Of a DNA stretch of 64,000 nucleotides, positions 29,606 through 40,146 are shown one piece after another; position 1 is the first letter of the stretch, and each line of letters begins with the position of its first letter. The notes beneath the pieces were generated by a model, which had not been told where the DNA came from, ran no database searches, and saw only the letters and a list, made by a program, of their open reading frames with translations. The DNA is taken from contig JBGCEP010000045.1 in assembly GCA_045106415.1 (NCBI GenBank), positions 1-64,000 on the forward strand, in the 5' to 3' direction. The stretch comes from Oligoflexales bacterium. GTDB taxonomy: Bacteria; Bdellovibrionota_B; Oligoflexia; Oligoflexales; Bog-1112. The translations under genes were made by a program, and so were the position numbers.

Positions 29606-30934
29606 TTGTTTCAGACGGCAATAAAAACGCTCAGATTTTGGAATGTTTCAGTATCAAGTATGCAACATTTTTTCAGAGATCAAAGTTATTTGAAATATAA
29701 TGTGATTGCACTTGTGTTATCAAACTTAGCAGCAGCTTTAAATTATACAACATCTATTTATTTAGCGAGAAGTTTATCTGTAGAAGGGTATGGAATTTAT
29801 TATGCTTTACAGGCATCAAGTCCTGTTTTTTTTAGTATGGTTGCTTTTATCCCATGTTCAATTTTAAATGCTATTGCGGCATTTAAAAATGATAAAGAAA
29901 AAGCGCATCATCTTGTGTCTAATTTATTAAGAATTTATGGTGCTCTATCTGCTGGTCTTATGTTTGTTTTATTCTCGTCGTTAACTTTTATGATGAAGTT
30001 TTTGAATGTCTTAGACTTTAATCTTATGGTGATTTTCGCTTTAACATGGTGTCCTATTTTGATGATGAGTTTTTTGCAAGGACTTGTGCAGGGGCACCTG
30101 TTATTTAAGCATCTAACGATAAAAGATGCTTTTTTATCGTTAGCGAAAATTTTATTGATGATTCTATTTATCAGTGGGATGAACTTTGGGTATATTGGAG
30201 CAGCCCTTGCCGAATTGTTAGCAACCACAATTGTTGCTGGTTGGATGTTTTTATCTATTCGAAAATATATTCCAATGCCTACTTTTCAACCGAGATCTTT
30301 TCTATGGAAAGAAATTTTTTCGATTTGGAGAATTTCCTTTCTTCCCGCTGTGAGTATGAGTTTGATTGGTTTTTTAATGATGGTCGACATTGTTGCTGTG
30401 AAACATTTTTTTTCTGATTTTGAATCAGGTATTTATACTGCAGGAGCTACATTAGGTCGTATTCCTTTTATTTTCTCAGGGGTTTTAGTGACATTGCTTT
30501 TTCCTCAAATAGCAAATGACGGTGAAGACGACCAAGCTGCATTGAAAAACTTAGGGATTACAGCAGGGATTGTTGGGATCTCTGCATTACTATTTTCAGT
30601 GATGTTAAGCTGGCAAGGTGAACGTGTGCTTAGTGCGCTTTTCGGCTCTCATTTTATAGCAAGTGAAACAGCAATGATATGGGTTCTTGTGAGTTCTAGT
30701 TTGCTGGCCATGGTGAACGTTCTTTTTAATTATATGCTTGCAAAAAGATATTGGACATTTCTTATCCCATGTGGAGCAGTGGTTGGTTTTTCTTTTTATA
30801 GAATGAAACTGTCGCCTCCGAGTGAAACTTTTCAAATACCACAAAGTTTTTCATGGATGCTCGGAGAAGTATTGATCGTTGGTGTGTTTTTTATGTTTTA
30901 CTATCACCGTAAATCTTTTGTGCGACGTCCTTGA
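29606..30934 (+). CDS. wzx: Wzx-like oligosaccharide flippase
   Basis: About 12 TMs; LARSLSVEGYGIY and SGIYTAG patterns; borders the glycan locus. Confidence 0.82.
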   Translation: MFQTAIKTLRFWNVSVSSMQHFFRDQSYLKYNVIALVLSNLAAALNYTTSIYLARSLSVEGYGIYYALQASSPVFFSMVAFIPCSILNAIAAFKNDKEKAHHLVSNLLRIYGALSAGLMFVLFSSLTFMMKFLNVLDFNLMVIFALTWCPILMMSFLQGLVQGHLLFKHLTIKDAFLSLAKILLMILFISGMNFGYIGAALAELLATTIVAGWMFLSIRKYIPMPTFQPRSFLWKEIFSIWRISFLPAVSMSLIGFLMMVDIVAVKHFFSDFESGIYTAGATLGRIPFIFSGVLVTLLFPQIANDGEDDQAALKNLGITAGIVGISALLFSVMLSWQGERVLSALFGSHFIASETAMIWVLVSSSLLAMVNVLFNYMLAKRYWTFLIPCGAVVGFSFYRMKLSPPSETFQIPQSFSWMLGEVLIVGVFFMFYYHRKSFVRRP

Positions 30935-32048
30935 AAGAGGAGATGACTAAATCCTGGTCTGTTTCAGAAAGGTCTGGGTAGAGAGGGAGTCGAATCAAAC
31001 GACTAGAGATATCTTCTGTAATAGGGAGGCTTTTTTGATAAGGGTTGAGTTTTTTTCCCATTGGAGAACTATGCAAAGGAATGTAGTGGAATGTCACACC
31101 AACGCCATGGTTTTTCATCTGATCCATAAAGTCGTTACGAGACTCTTTTGTTGGCAATAATGCGTAGTATAAGTGAGCGTTAGGAGATGTTTCCTCAGGC
31201 CATGAAGGTAGAGTTATGTTGAATTTTTCTGAACATTCAATAAGGCGACTTTGATAATGTTGATGAATAGATAAGCGTTGTTTTGTGATGTTTTCAATAT
31301 CTTGAAGCTGATCGTATAAAAAAGCTGCATTGAGTTCGGAGGGAAGCCAAGAAGAGCCGACGTCAACCCATGTATACTTGTCAACGTGCCCACGAATAAA
31401 TTGACTTCTGTTGGTTCCTTTTTCTCTTAAAATCTCAGCTCTCTCTGAGAATTTTTGATCATTGATCCAAAGAGCCCCTCCTTCACCACAACTGATGTTC
31501 TTAGTGTCGTGAAAACTTAAAGCGCCGAGATGCCCAAGAGACCCAAGTGGTTTTCCTTTATAGGATGCGCCAATGCCTTGAGCTGCATCCTCTATGACAA
31601 TTAAATTATGCTTTTCAGCGATACTAAGAATCGAACCCATGTCACAGCTAACACCGGCGTAATGGACTGGAACGATAGCTTTTGTTTTTGAAGTGATAAG
31701 TTTTATTATAGACTGTGGGTCTATGTTTAATGTTTCAGGGCAGATATCAGCGAAAATGACTTTGAATCCTCGCTTTACAAAAGCGTTTGCAGTGGAAACA
31801 AAGGTAAAAGAAGGCATGATGACTTCATCACCAGGCTGATAATCTAAGAGTTCTGCAGACATCTCTAAAGCGTGTGTGCAGGATGTTGTAAGCAGAGCTT
31901 GATGGATGTTGTAAGTACTCTGAAACCACTTGTGGCATTCTTTAGTTGATGAACCATCTCCGGATATTTGGCTTTTTGAAAGGCATTGCTGGATCGCATT
32001 TGTTTCTCGCCCTGTGCGATATGGGACATGAAAAGGAACTGTGAGCAT
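30891..32048 (-). CDS. wecE: dTDP-4-amino-4,6-dideoxygalactose transaminase
   Basis: LTTSCTHALE, EDAAQ, SFHDTKN, EKGTNRSQF...VDKYTW (RffA signature); AGGAG RBS before ATG 32048. Confidence 0.93.
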   Translation of the reverse strand: MLTVPFHVPYRTGRETNAIQQCLSKSQISGDGSSTKECHKWFQSTYNIHQALLTTSCTHALEMSAELLDYQPGDEVIMPSFTFVSTANAFVKRGFKVIFADICPETLNIDPQSIIKLITSKTKAIVPVHYAGVSCDMGSILSIAEKHNLIVIEDAAQGIGASYKGKPLGSLGHLGALSFHDTKNISCGEGGALWINDQKFSERAEILREKGTNRSQFIRGHVDKYTWVDVGSSWLPSELNAAFLYDQLQDIENITKQRLSIHQHYQSRLIECSEKFNITLPSWPEETSPNAHLYYALLPTKESRNDFMDQMKNHGVGVTFHYIPLHSSPMGKKLNPYQKSLPITEDISSRLIRLPLYPDLSETDQDLVISSFKDVAQKIYGDSKT

Positions 32049-32058
32049 ATTTAAACTC

Positions 32059-34293
32059 CTATAAAGTGCCGATACGATAACCCTTTGAGTCATCGGGTCT
32101 TTCGATCGTTATTTCATCTATAATAACAGGATGTGTGGATAGGGTGTGAATGCGAAATTCTAATTCCGCAGGGTTCGATAAATGAAAGTCAAATATAAAC
32201 TCTTTAAAGCTCTCTGTGGATAAATCTTTGTTTTTTAAAATTATAGTTCCGGCGTCAGCAGGAACCCCGGCACCTGAGACCTCAAGTTTCATTATTTCGG
32301 TATTGAGGTTGCCTTCCTTTTCGAGTCTTGCAAGAGGAACACGAGCACGATAAGAACCAGATTCTAAGGGTAGATAAGGGCCGAAGATTGAAATTTCTTT
32401 TTCACCTTGAGGTCGGTGAGCTTTTAAGACCTGCCCGTGACCAAGGGGGTTTTCAATAAGTTTACCCGCAATCAGAGACATACTACCAACAGGAATTTTT
32501 ATGTGGCTAGGCCATACGATACTGCGTAATTGCTCATAATTGAGACCATAGACACCGTTGATAGAGAAAATAGACACTTTGTCATTATCTGCTATTTCAT
32601 TGATTCCATTTAAAGAACGTATTTTTTCCACATCAAATTTGTCCTTATGGCAGACAATGTAGCGTATTCCAGCATTTTTCATAGAGTTAAGCGCACTCTG
32701 ATTGACTGTCGCCCAGTGTTGAAAATTCCCTAGGCGTTTTAAAGTTGAATGGAAATTTCCTTTGTGGGGTAGTCCGCCGTTAAAGATGGGTTTTTTATGC
32801 CTTAAGCGGGACGTGTAGTATGGATAGTCGTATTCTGGTAGGCTACTGCCCGGGATGTGAAAAGGTATCTCAAGTAGCATACCCTCAGGGTGTTTTTCGA
32901 GCTCAGCATATTCATCATGAGAACCAAGATTGGATGTGCGCATTTTTCCAAAAGTATCAAATTTTTTTCCTGAAATATCTTGGATAGCGAGCGTAGCTAA
33001 GCATAGCATGAGAAAGTGGGATGTATGTTTTATGATTTGTGGTGTCTTTGCATGCTGTGCAAGGTGAAGGGTAAAAATATTGAGGCTTATAAAGGCAGAA
33101 GTGATGACAGCTATATCTGTGTATAAGAGAGCTCGAATATTGACTCGAAACATAGGAGCGTGTTTCATTGTAATCCAACTGAGGGATAAAAAATCATCTG
33201 GTTTTAATGAGAGACAGATACCTACAAAAGCAGCTGACATAAGCATAAAATATCTTTTCCAGAGCAGAATCGTTTTTGTAGAGTGACCGAGAAAACGACT
33301 AGTAAATAAAGAGATAATAGGCATGCAGCAGGCAATGAGGAAAGTGACGCTCCCGATAATGAAAGTGTTTTCTCCGTGAACTAGGTCTCTAGAAGAGTTT
33401 AAAAAATCAAAAATTGGATAGACCCGAGAAGAAAATGCTGCAAAAAAATGATCTGTAGAATAAGTGTAAAATTCAGCATCTGAATGATGGAAAACAGAGC
33501 CAAATTGAGATTGAATTCCTAAAATTCTTTGGAGAATTCTTTTTGTAATAATATTGGGGTATGAAAATAGCATAAGGAAACAGAAAAATCCTACCCCTAT
33601 CCCTAGATTTTTCCAAAATTGAGTTTGTTGCCATTCGCTCCAATTATGTAATAAAAAACCAATGGATGTAATGCTTAACGCGATAAAACAACCGTAATAC
33701 CCATAGTATTCATTCACATAAAAATTAAACCATAGAGTGATAGCGAGAAAAAAAAGGTTTTTTCGAGAAGGGTGTTCTGCAAAAACAACAGATCTTGCTA
33801 TGAGTATGATTGGCATGAAATAGACAGCGAGGCCCAGATGCATAGACATCCTCAGGTTAAAAGCATCGATGCCTAATATTGCAAGGCTAAACAAAACAAT
33901 CAGGCTTGACTTAAGCCCTAAGACTTTTCCGAGATGGAGAGCAGAAACAGCTATGAGAATCCACCCTAGGAATCCAATAATGTCATAAACGTCATTAGAA
34001 TCAAAAAAACAAGATAAGCACCAATACGTGAATTGCCAAAAAGCATTAATGGGTATGCCCACACTATTTAACCCACCTCCAACCCCAAGGGAGTAGAAAG
34101 TGTCAGAAAAGAAACTTGTAAATCCTTTAATATTGACGGTTCCATAGACGTCTAAGATACCACCAATATTAGCCCATCCGTCCCCTGGAAAAGCAGTGGT
34201 TTGATGTGTGGTCGAAAAAGCAGGATCGAATCGATATAAGCCGATCGTAATATAAATCATTATGAGAATCAGATATCCAAATCTATGCATCAT
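32059..34293 (-). CDS. Multi-TM YfhO/GT-C-like glycosyltransferase with C-terminal beta-sandwich (CBM-like)
   Basis: N-terminal TM + GD loop, ~11 TMs, PMFR..R, HKKPIFNG, GIRYIV, FGPYLPLESGSY. Confidence 0.65.
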   Translation of the reverse strand: MMHRFGYLILIMIYITIGLYRFDPAFSTTHQTTAFPGDGWANIGGILDVYGTVNIKGFTSFFSDTFYSLGVGGGLNSVGIPINAFWQFTYWCLSCFFDSNDVYDIIGFLGWILIAVSALHLGKVLGLKSSLIVLFSLAILGIDAFNLRMSMHLGLAVYFMPIILIARSVVFAEHPSRKNLFFLAITLWFNFYVNEYYGYYGCFIALSITSIGFLLHNWSEWQQTQFWKNLGIGVGFFCFLMLFSYPNIITKRILQRILGIQSQFGSVFHHSDAEFYTYSTDHFFAAFSSRVYPIFDFLNSSRDLVHGENTFIIGSVTFLIACCMPIISLFTSRFLGHSTKTILLWKRYFMLMSAAFVGICLSLKPDDFLSLSWITMKHAPMFRVNIRALLYTDIAVITSAFISLNIFTLHLAQHAKTPQIIKHTSHFLMLCLATLAIQDISGKKFDTFGKMRTSNLGSHDEYAELEKHPEGMLLEIPFHIPGSSLPEYDYPYYTSRLRHKKPIFNGGLPHKGNFHSTLKRLGNFQHWATVNQSALNSMKNAGIRYIVCHKDKFDVEKIRSLNGINEIADNDKVSIFSINGVYGLNYEQLRSIVWPSHIKIPVGSMSLIAGKLIENPLGHGQVLKAHRPQGEKEISIFGPYLPLESGSYRARVPLARLEKEGNLNTEIMKLEVSGAGVPADAGTIILKNKDLSTESFKEFIFDFHLSNPAELEFRIHTLSTHPVIIDEITIERPDDSKGYRIGTL

Positions 34294-34344
34294 AACTGCC
34301 CCTGTTTGCTGTGATTTGAAACTATCATATTGAGCAAGGAACCC

Positions 34345-36474
34345 TCAATGTGAAAAATGTTCTTTAAAGATTCTCGGGATTGGCGCGGATGTGTGGGAAA
34401 GCATAAGGTATAAAAAATATAGCGTAATGATTCGTGATAGCCACATAGATATGAAGCGAATAAATGTTGGTGTGTGAATCACTGACCATTGATACGAATC
34501 ACCTTCAGGAAGGTTCCAGTTCATATTGAAATCATAATTATCTGTAGGGAGGTTGGCTTGATAAGGATTTGTAAATATCTCCCAAGGTCGTAATAAAGAA
34601 AAAAGTTGAATATTTCCTGTATATGGAAAGTGTAAAGTTGCAATGTTATCTCGAATATGAAGACTGCGTGTAGAAAAACCAGTGTTTTTAAATTGAGCAC
34701 GATGATTGAGAGAGCTGTGAGGCAGAAATTTTTTTGCAATTTTATATACAGAAATATCTAATGAACGCTCTAGGTGAGATGGTATTGTGTCCTCTTCATG
34801 GTGATGAAAATAATGTCCTTTAAAATGAACTCTGGGATCGACAATAAGCATCTCATGGGGATGGATCGGATATTGATTGTGGTGGTAATAATTATAGATG
34901 ACAATGGTGTCAATTCCCATTTTGATGATTCGGTTTAAAACTCCAGGATTTAGTCCTTCTTCTTTTCTAAACTGGTGTTGGAAAAGTGAGCTTGGAGAAG
35001 TTCCAACGGAGATAGGTTTATTGTGAATCATTTGAGCTATTTGTTGAGTTGGTATCATGTTATATTTTTTAAATACATTGGGTAGTGAAATAATTCTTTT
35101 TATTTCAGGATCGTCACGCAGGGGTTGAAAAACTGGATAAGCTTTCTGAAGATCGAATCTTTTTTGCCATGAAGGGTCATGATTGAGCCCTTCGGTGATG
35201 ATTAAAATACTTAAAAGAAGAGTTGCAGGGATCTGAAAAGACAGTTTTTGAAAAAAATGAGGTTTTAGCAAGGATAACTCTGAATAAGAGATGCTTGCCA
35301 TAATTGCTAAAAAAAGAGTGTAATAGTGACTTAATCTCCCAACACTTCGAAAGACTGAGAAATAATCAAAGTAAAATTTTCTTAATGGAGTCCCATATTT
35401 CCAGTCGGTGGCAACTGATAGGATAGAAAGGATTCCTATAAAAGATGCTAGGTAGAGTTTCTTGTTTTGAAGTGTCATTTTTCTGAATATGAAAAATCCT
35501 AAGATAGAAGAAATGAAAAGTGTATATGATAATAAACTGGCTCCAGGGAAATCTGAAAAACCCAAATGCCTTAAAAATTCAGCTTGAAAACTTTGGCTAC
35601 TAGGTAAGAAAAAATTTTCCAAAGGTTGTAAATGTTCAGTGAAAGGAATATCTCTAGAGATCGAATCACGGTCTGATTTGAATAAAAGAAAAGAGATGTT
35701 CGCTGTGATGAATTGCAGGTTCATTGTTGCGATAATAAGCATTATAAAGGTGAAATAAAGAGCTGTTTTTTGAGCTGCTTTTTTCCAGTCAAGCTGAAAA
35801 TGATGTCCTAATAAAGTGAGGGATATAAGACAAGTTGCAGCAATGGAGTAAAATCCATAGTAGCCATCAAACCCAAGTTGTATTCCTAATATGAAACCAA
35901 GCGCTATTGTATTTTTAAAAGATGTTTTATTGCAGAACCGTATAGATTGGGCTAGAGACAGTGGGATAAGCCAGTGCTGTCCGAGTACCATGATTCCACG
36001 GCCATCCATAATGTGATTGTATGAAAATGCATACGCAAGGCTCGCTATGAAAGAAAAAGAAATATTACATCCAATGACGCGAGCTAGGAAATAAGCAGTT
36101 ACAACCGATAGAGGATAAGTAAGAAAAGAGAGGATATTGGTAATCAAAATTGTGTTGGAGAGATTTGGGCCTACAATTTGTAAGATAAATTGTATGATAT
36201 CTGTCGTTAAATTTCCGACAATGAAATCCGAGTAATCCAAAGTATATGGGTAGCTAAAGTAATCGCTCAGGAGTGGAGAAAGATTCTTAGACTGAAGGAA
36301 AGAAAAATACCAGCTTACCCACATAGTTCCTTCAAAATCAACATCAGGAAGAGGCATATATGAAGTGAAACCATCAATTTTATGTCGAAAAACGATCATT
36401 GTTATGATCGAACTGATAAAGAAAAGAGTCAAGGGGACTTTAAGTTTTGTGAAGAAATTCATAAAGTATCCCAT
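34345..36474 (-). CDS. Multi-TM YfhO/GT-C-like glycosyltransferase
   Basis: About 12 TMs, YYGFY, FRSVGR, HNKPI, GIDTIV; architecture parallels its neighbour. Confidence 0.62.
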   Translation of the reverse strand: MGYFMNFFTKLKVPLTLFFISSIITMIVFRHKIDGFTSYMPLPDVDFEGTMWVSWYFSFLQSKNLSPLLSDYFSYPYTLDYSDFIVGNLTTDIIQFILQIVGPNLSNTILITNILSFLTYPLSVVTAYFLARVIGCNISFSFIASLAYAFSYNHIMDGRGIMVLGQHWLIPLSLAQSIRFCNKTSFKNTIALGFILGIQLGFDGYYGFYSIAATCLISLTLLGHHFQLDWKKAAQKTALYFTFIMLIIATMNLQFITANISFLLFKSDRDSISRDIPFTEHLQPLENFFLPSSQSFQAEFLRHLGFSDFPGASLLSYTLFISSILGFFIFRKMTLQNKKLYLASFIGILSILSVATDWKYGTPLRKFYFDYFSVFRSVGRLSHYYTLFLAIMASISYSELSLLKPHFFQKLSFQIPATLLLSILIITEGLNHDPSWQKRFDLQKAYPVFQPLRDDPEIKRIISLPNVFKKYNMIPTQQIAQMIHNKPISVGTSPSSLFQHQFRKEEGLNPGVLNRIIKMGIDTIVIYNYYHHNQYPIHPHEMLIVDPRVHFKGHYFHHHEEDTIPSHLERSLDISVYKIAKKFLPHSSLNHRAQFKNTGFSTRSLHIRDNIATLHFPYTGNIQLFSLLRPWEIFTNPYQANLPTDNYDFNMNWNLPEGDSYQWSVIHTPTFIRFISMWLSRIITLYFLYLMLSHTSAPIPRIFKEHFSH

Positions 36475-36497
36475 AGGTATACCTATTGAGGTGAGAT

Positions 36498-37643
36498 TTA
36501 TGCACTTGTTTTAAGTTGGAGTTCTTTTTTGAATTTTTTTTGAGGTGCTGAAGAAGCAATCTTTTCAAGTGAGTCAAGAATGATTTCACTTGGAGAAACA
36601 GAGAATTCTTGTGGATCTTTCTGCCATAAATATGGGTTTTTGAAAAATGACTCAATTGTTTGAGGGCATCTACGGCTTAGGACAACATTGTGGTCAAGTC
36701 CTTCAATTCTTTCTGTTTCACTTCTTAAGACAAGGCAAGGTTTTCCAAGATAGTAGGATTCTTCTTGGTTACTACCACCGTCTGTAATAATGAAGCGGCT
36801 TTCTTTTAAAGTATGCACAAAAGAAGGGTAGGAAAGCCGAGGCACAGTTGTGATTGTCGATAAAGATTCTACTGTATCGAGAAGGTTGATATCTTTAAGA
36901 GCCATTTTTGTAGGTGCGTGCAGTACGAATAGGCAATGAATGTTTTTTGATTTTTCAATAATTTGATGCATAAGCTTTTCTAGGAAAGCTTTGTCCATAA
37001 GGTTTTCTTGGCGGTGGCATACAAAAACAAAATAATCATCAGGCAGGTTTGGTGTTTCGAACTTTTGTGAATCGTTGAGCACCATCTGTAAGCTATCCAT
37101 GAGGGTGTTCGCTTTTGTGTTGATCTTGTTTGTTTTTCGTCCAGTTAGGTTTTCAGAAGACCATGAATTGGGACAGTATGAGTATTCAGATATTCTTGAA
37201 ACTAAAATACGACTAATTTCTTCAGGAAAAGGGCGGAAGTAATGAAAAGAGCGAAGGCCTGCTTCAATATGGCAAATTTTTGCCCCACAGATCTTTCCTA
37301 AGATAGCTCCCATAAGAGTCGAGATTGTGTCTCCGTGAATAAGAATATAGTCATTTTTTTCAATTCCGAGTTTTATGCGGCCTTGGCCAAAAAGATGTGA
37401 AGTGAGGGTCCCAAGAAACCACTGTATAAGTGACCATGCTGTTTGCTTCTTAGGACCTTCAGATAAGATAATGTCTGCATTTTTTTTCTCTATAAATCGC
37501 CATATCTCCTGAGCTTTCACAGGATTTTGGCCTGATAAAATCAATTTATATGGAATAGACCTCGCTTCAAAAGAACGAATGACGGGTAAAATTTTGATAA
37601 ACTCAGCCATTGTGCCTAAAAAAATATGAAATTGAGGTCTCAT
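36498..37643 (-). CDS. wecB: UDP-N-acetylglucosamine 2-epimerase family
   Basis: GTMAEFIK, HGDT, HIEAGLRS, PFPEE, TDGGSNQEE. Confidence 0.88.
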   Translation of the reverse strand: MRPQFHIFLGTMAEFIKILPVIRSFEARSIPYKLILSGQNPVKAQEIWRFIEKKNADIILSEGPKKQTAWSLIQWFLGTLTSHLFGQGRIKLGIEKNDYILIHGDTISTLMGAILGKICGAKICHIEAGLRSFHYFRPFPEEISRILVSRISEYSYCPNSWSSENLTGRKTNKINTKANTLMDSLQMVLNDSQKFETPNLPDDYFVFVCHRQENLMDKAFLEKLMHQIIEKSKNIHCLFVLHAPTKMALKDINLLDTVESLSTITTVPRLSYPSFVHTLKESRFIITDGGSNQEESYYLGKPCLVLRSETERIEGLDHNVVLSRRCPQTIESFFKNPYLWQKDPQEFSVSPSEIILDSLEKIASSAPQKKFKKELQLKTSA

Positions 37644-37651
37644 AGAATCTC

Positions 37652-38443
37652 CTAAACAGACTCGCTGTGATTGGTGTAGTCAAAATGATCGAGATGTGCG
37701 ACAGCGCGTTGTGCAACATTGGTTTCTTCAAACTTTGCAAGATCACTAGGAATCCCTAAACCGTGCATTCCATTATATTCTGACCCTACATTATGAATGC
37801 CAATGCTTCCGCTATGACGTACAAGTTCAGTATAAACGGGAGCTACATAAAATTCACCATTAACACGTAAATTTTGTTGAATCATATTTTTGGCATGTTT
37901 TACAAAGTCAGACCCTTTTGCAAAATTATAGATACCTACTGTTGCATCGTCTGAGACAACTTTTTTCTCCACGACGCCTATGACTTTTTTATTGCTGTCA
38001 TACTCAATAAATGACCATTTAGGGTCGTCGGCTTTCATGGTCATGATAAAACCTTGGAATTGGCCGTCGTCCATTGCTTGCAGGTAATCATTAATGTCTA
38101 GGTCGACCCATTGGTCGCTGTTGGCGATCATGAGGCCATCATCATTATCGATGTGTTTTTCAGCTAGTAACACTGTGCAAGCTGCGCCTTCTGTCACTTC
38201 TCGGACGGGAACAATCAAGCACCCAGGTGCTGCTTTTTTGAGCATGTTTGTGACTTGGTAGTTTTCAAGGTGTTCTTCTAAGCATAGAAAGATGAATCTA
38301 TGATCTTGCTTTGGTGTTAACTGATCAACAACTAAGTGGATCATGGGGACGCCACGAACAGGGATGAGTGGTTTCGGAAGTGTAAATCCTTCTTTTTGAA
38401 AACGACTGCCTCGACCCGCCATTGGAATGACTATATTAAGCAT
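37652..38443 (-). CDS. Sugar nucleotidyltransferase-fold protein
   Basis: IPMAGRGSRF...PKPLI, TEGAACT, EKK, GEFYVAP. Confidence 0.85.
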   Translation of the reverse strand: MLNIVIPMAGRGSRFQKEGFTLPKPLIPVRGVPMIHLVVDQLTPKQDHRFIFLCLEEHLENYQVTNMLKKAAPGCLIVPVREVTEGAACTVLLAEKHIDNDDGLMIANSDQWVDLDINDYLQAMDDGQFQGFIMTMKADDPKWSFIEYDSNKKVIGVVEKKVVSDDATVGIYNFAKGSDFVKHAKNMIQQNLRVNGEFYVAPVYTELVRHSGSIGIHNVGSEYNGMHGLGIPSDLAKFEETNVAQRAVAHLDHFDYTNHSESV

Positions 38444-38452
38444 ATTAAAACC

Positions 38453-38779
38453 TCATGATTCACTTAAATATTTATCGTTATTTGCACCAGGGAGTTTAAC
38501 AACTACATTTGTAGCATCCGTTAAAGCTTCAAAATCAGTTTCTTCACCAGGTTCCATGACAACCATATCGGAAGGTCCGTATTCTTTATCGTTCATTCTA
38601 ATGCGACCGCTAACGACAACTGTGATTTCTGTTGCTATTTTATGAAAATGCTTCCCTTCTTTTTCACCTGCTTTATAATGCTTAACAGCAACTTCACAGT
38701 CATTTGTTTTCCATAAAGATGGCTCAAAGTTTCCGACAAACCAGCCTTTGGTCATTTTTTCTAAGTTGTCGACAATCAT
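38453..38779 (-). CDS. Cupin-domain protein
   Basis: GWFVGNF, HFHKIATE cupin metal motif. Confidence 0.85.
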   Translation of the reverse strand: MIVDNLEKMTKGWFVGNFEPSLWKTNDCEVAVKHYKAGEKEGKHFHKIATEITVVVSGRIRMNDKEYGPSDMVVMEPGEETDFEALTDATNVVVKLPGANNDKYLSES

Positions 38780-39516
38780 CGATTCTCCAATATTTGTCTA
38801 TATTTTTTTATAACCCCTTCATCAGAGAAATTGAAATATTTTTTCGCGTCAATTTCATGGGTTATTATTTTTTTATGATTTAAAACAAGTTCATTGAGAA
38901 CAGGAGCGTTGAAATAACTTCCTTGCCAATGGACATCTTTTTTAATCATATTCATGGCAGATTCAAAATAAAGTTTTGCAGATTTGAAATAATAAAAACC
39001 AGCAATAGCTTGATTGCTAATGGGGCGCTTTTCAGCTGCCTCAATTACTAAATCATTTTCAGTTTTAATAAAAGACCATTTAGGATGCACCGATTGAAAA
39101 CAGACGACTCCTGCATCACAGGATTGATGTCTAAAGTCAGTAAGAATGTCTGAGATGTTAGCATCGATCACTTGATTGCTATTTAGAATAAGCAAAGGAT
39201 CTTCGCTGGGTATTTCTCCTACTGCCATTAAAGAGCTGCATGCGGCGCCTTTGGTTTCGCCCTGTGTTGGCAAGATAACGGACTGCTCACCAGCGACAAG
39301 TTTGAGCACGCGATCGAGATGATAAAGCTCACAATCTTGATGATTTACTGGAAATATAAAACGCGCATCTTTTGGTAAAGACGCTTTTAAAGATTCAATA
39401 ATGATTTGAACCATTGGTTTACCGTTAATTTCAGAGAGTATTTTAGGATAGTCTCTGCTGTCAGGTTCTAAAGATATTTTGTGACACATAGGAATGAGAA
39501 CGTGAAGCATTTTCAC
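38776..39516 (-). CDS. Nucleotidyltransferase-fold protein with degenerate Gly-rich loop
   Basis: IPMCHK replaces IPMAGxGSRF; PK, TKGAACS, HPKWSF and EKRPIS are retained. Confidence 0.8.
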   Translation of the reverse strand: MKMLHVLIPMCHKISLEPDSRDYPKILSEINGKPMVQIIIESLKASLPKDARFIFPVNHQDCELYHLDRVLKLVAGEQSVILPTQGETKGAACSSLMAVGEIPSEDPLLILNSNQVIDANISDILTDFRHQSCDAGVVCFQSVHPKWSFIKTENDLVIEAAEKRPISNQAIAGFYYFKSAKLYFESAMNMIKKDVHWQGSYFNAPVLNELVLNHKKIITHEIDAKKYFNFSDEGVIKKYRQILENR

Positions 39517-40139
39517 CCTTTCTTTTCAATTTGTTGAATAAAACTTTGAATATTTGCATAAGTGACATCTGTTGTTGAGGAGACTTGAAGTACGTTTGTT
39601 TGTGCTGCTTTTGCGGCAGCTATACCGTTCATGTTGTCTTCTAGAACGACCGTTTCGTGGGGCTCAACCTCTAGGACTTGAATAGCTTTTTGATAAATAT
39701 CTGGCGCTGGTTTGGCTCGTTCAACGTCTTGATTGGAAAAATAAACATCGAGATATTGAAGAAGGTCAGCTTTTTCCATCATAAGCTCAACAGAGCTACG
39801 AATAGAGTTTGAGCAAACGGCAATTCTGTATCCTTGTTCTTTTAGTCTGCTGAGAGCGTATTGGTGCTGGAAGACAGGTTTACATTTAGCGTGAACAATT
39901 TCAGCTGTGTATATTTGTTTGAGGTCATTAATAAAATTATGTAGCTCGCATGGGAGACCTCTCTCAGCAGAGAGCATTTTAAGTTTTTTCTTTGTTGGTA
40001 ATCCATCATATGTGACAAGGTGGTCATAACGACTGATTGGTAGACCGAAAAGGTCAAGAGCTCTATTGAGAGCAGTATAGTGCCAATCCCTTGCGTCAAT
40101 TAAGACCCCATCCATATCAAAAACAATAGCCTTAATCAT
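39513..40139 (-). CDS. HAD family phosphatase
   Basis: FDMDGVL, SNS, KPAPDIY, ED motifs. Confidence 0.9.
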   Translation of the reverse strand: MIKAIVFDMDGVLIDARDWHYTALNRALDLFGLPISRYDHLVTYDGLPTKKKLKMLSAERGLPCELHNFINDLKQIYTAEIVHAKCKPVFQHQYALSRLKEQGYRIAVCSNSIRSSVELMMEKADLLQYLDVYFSNQDVERAKPAPDIYQKAIQVLEVEPHETVVLEDNMNGIAAAKAAQTNVLQVSSTTDVTYANIQSFIQQIEKKG

Positions 40140-40146
40140 GTTGACC

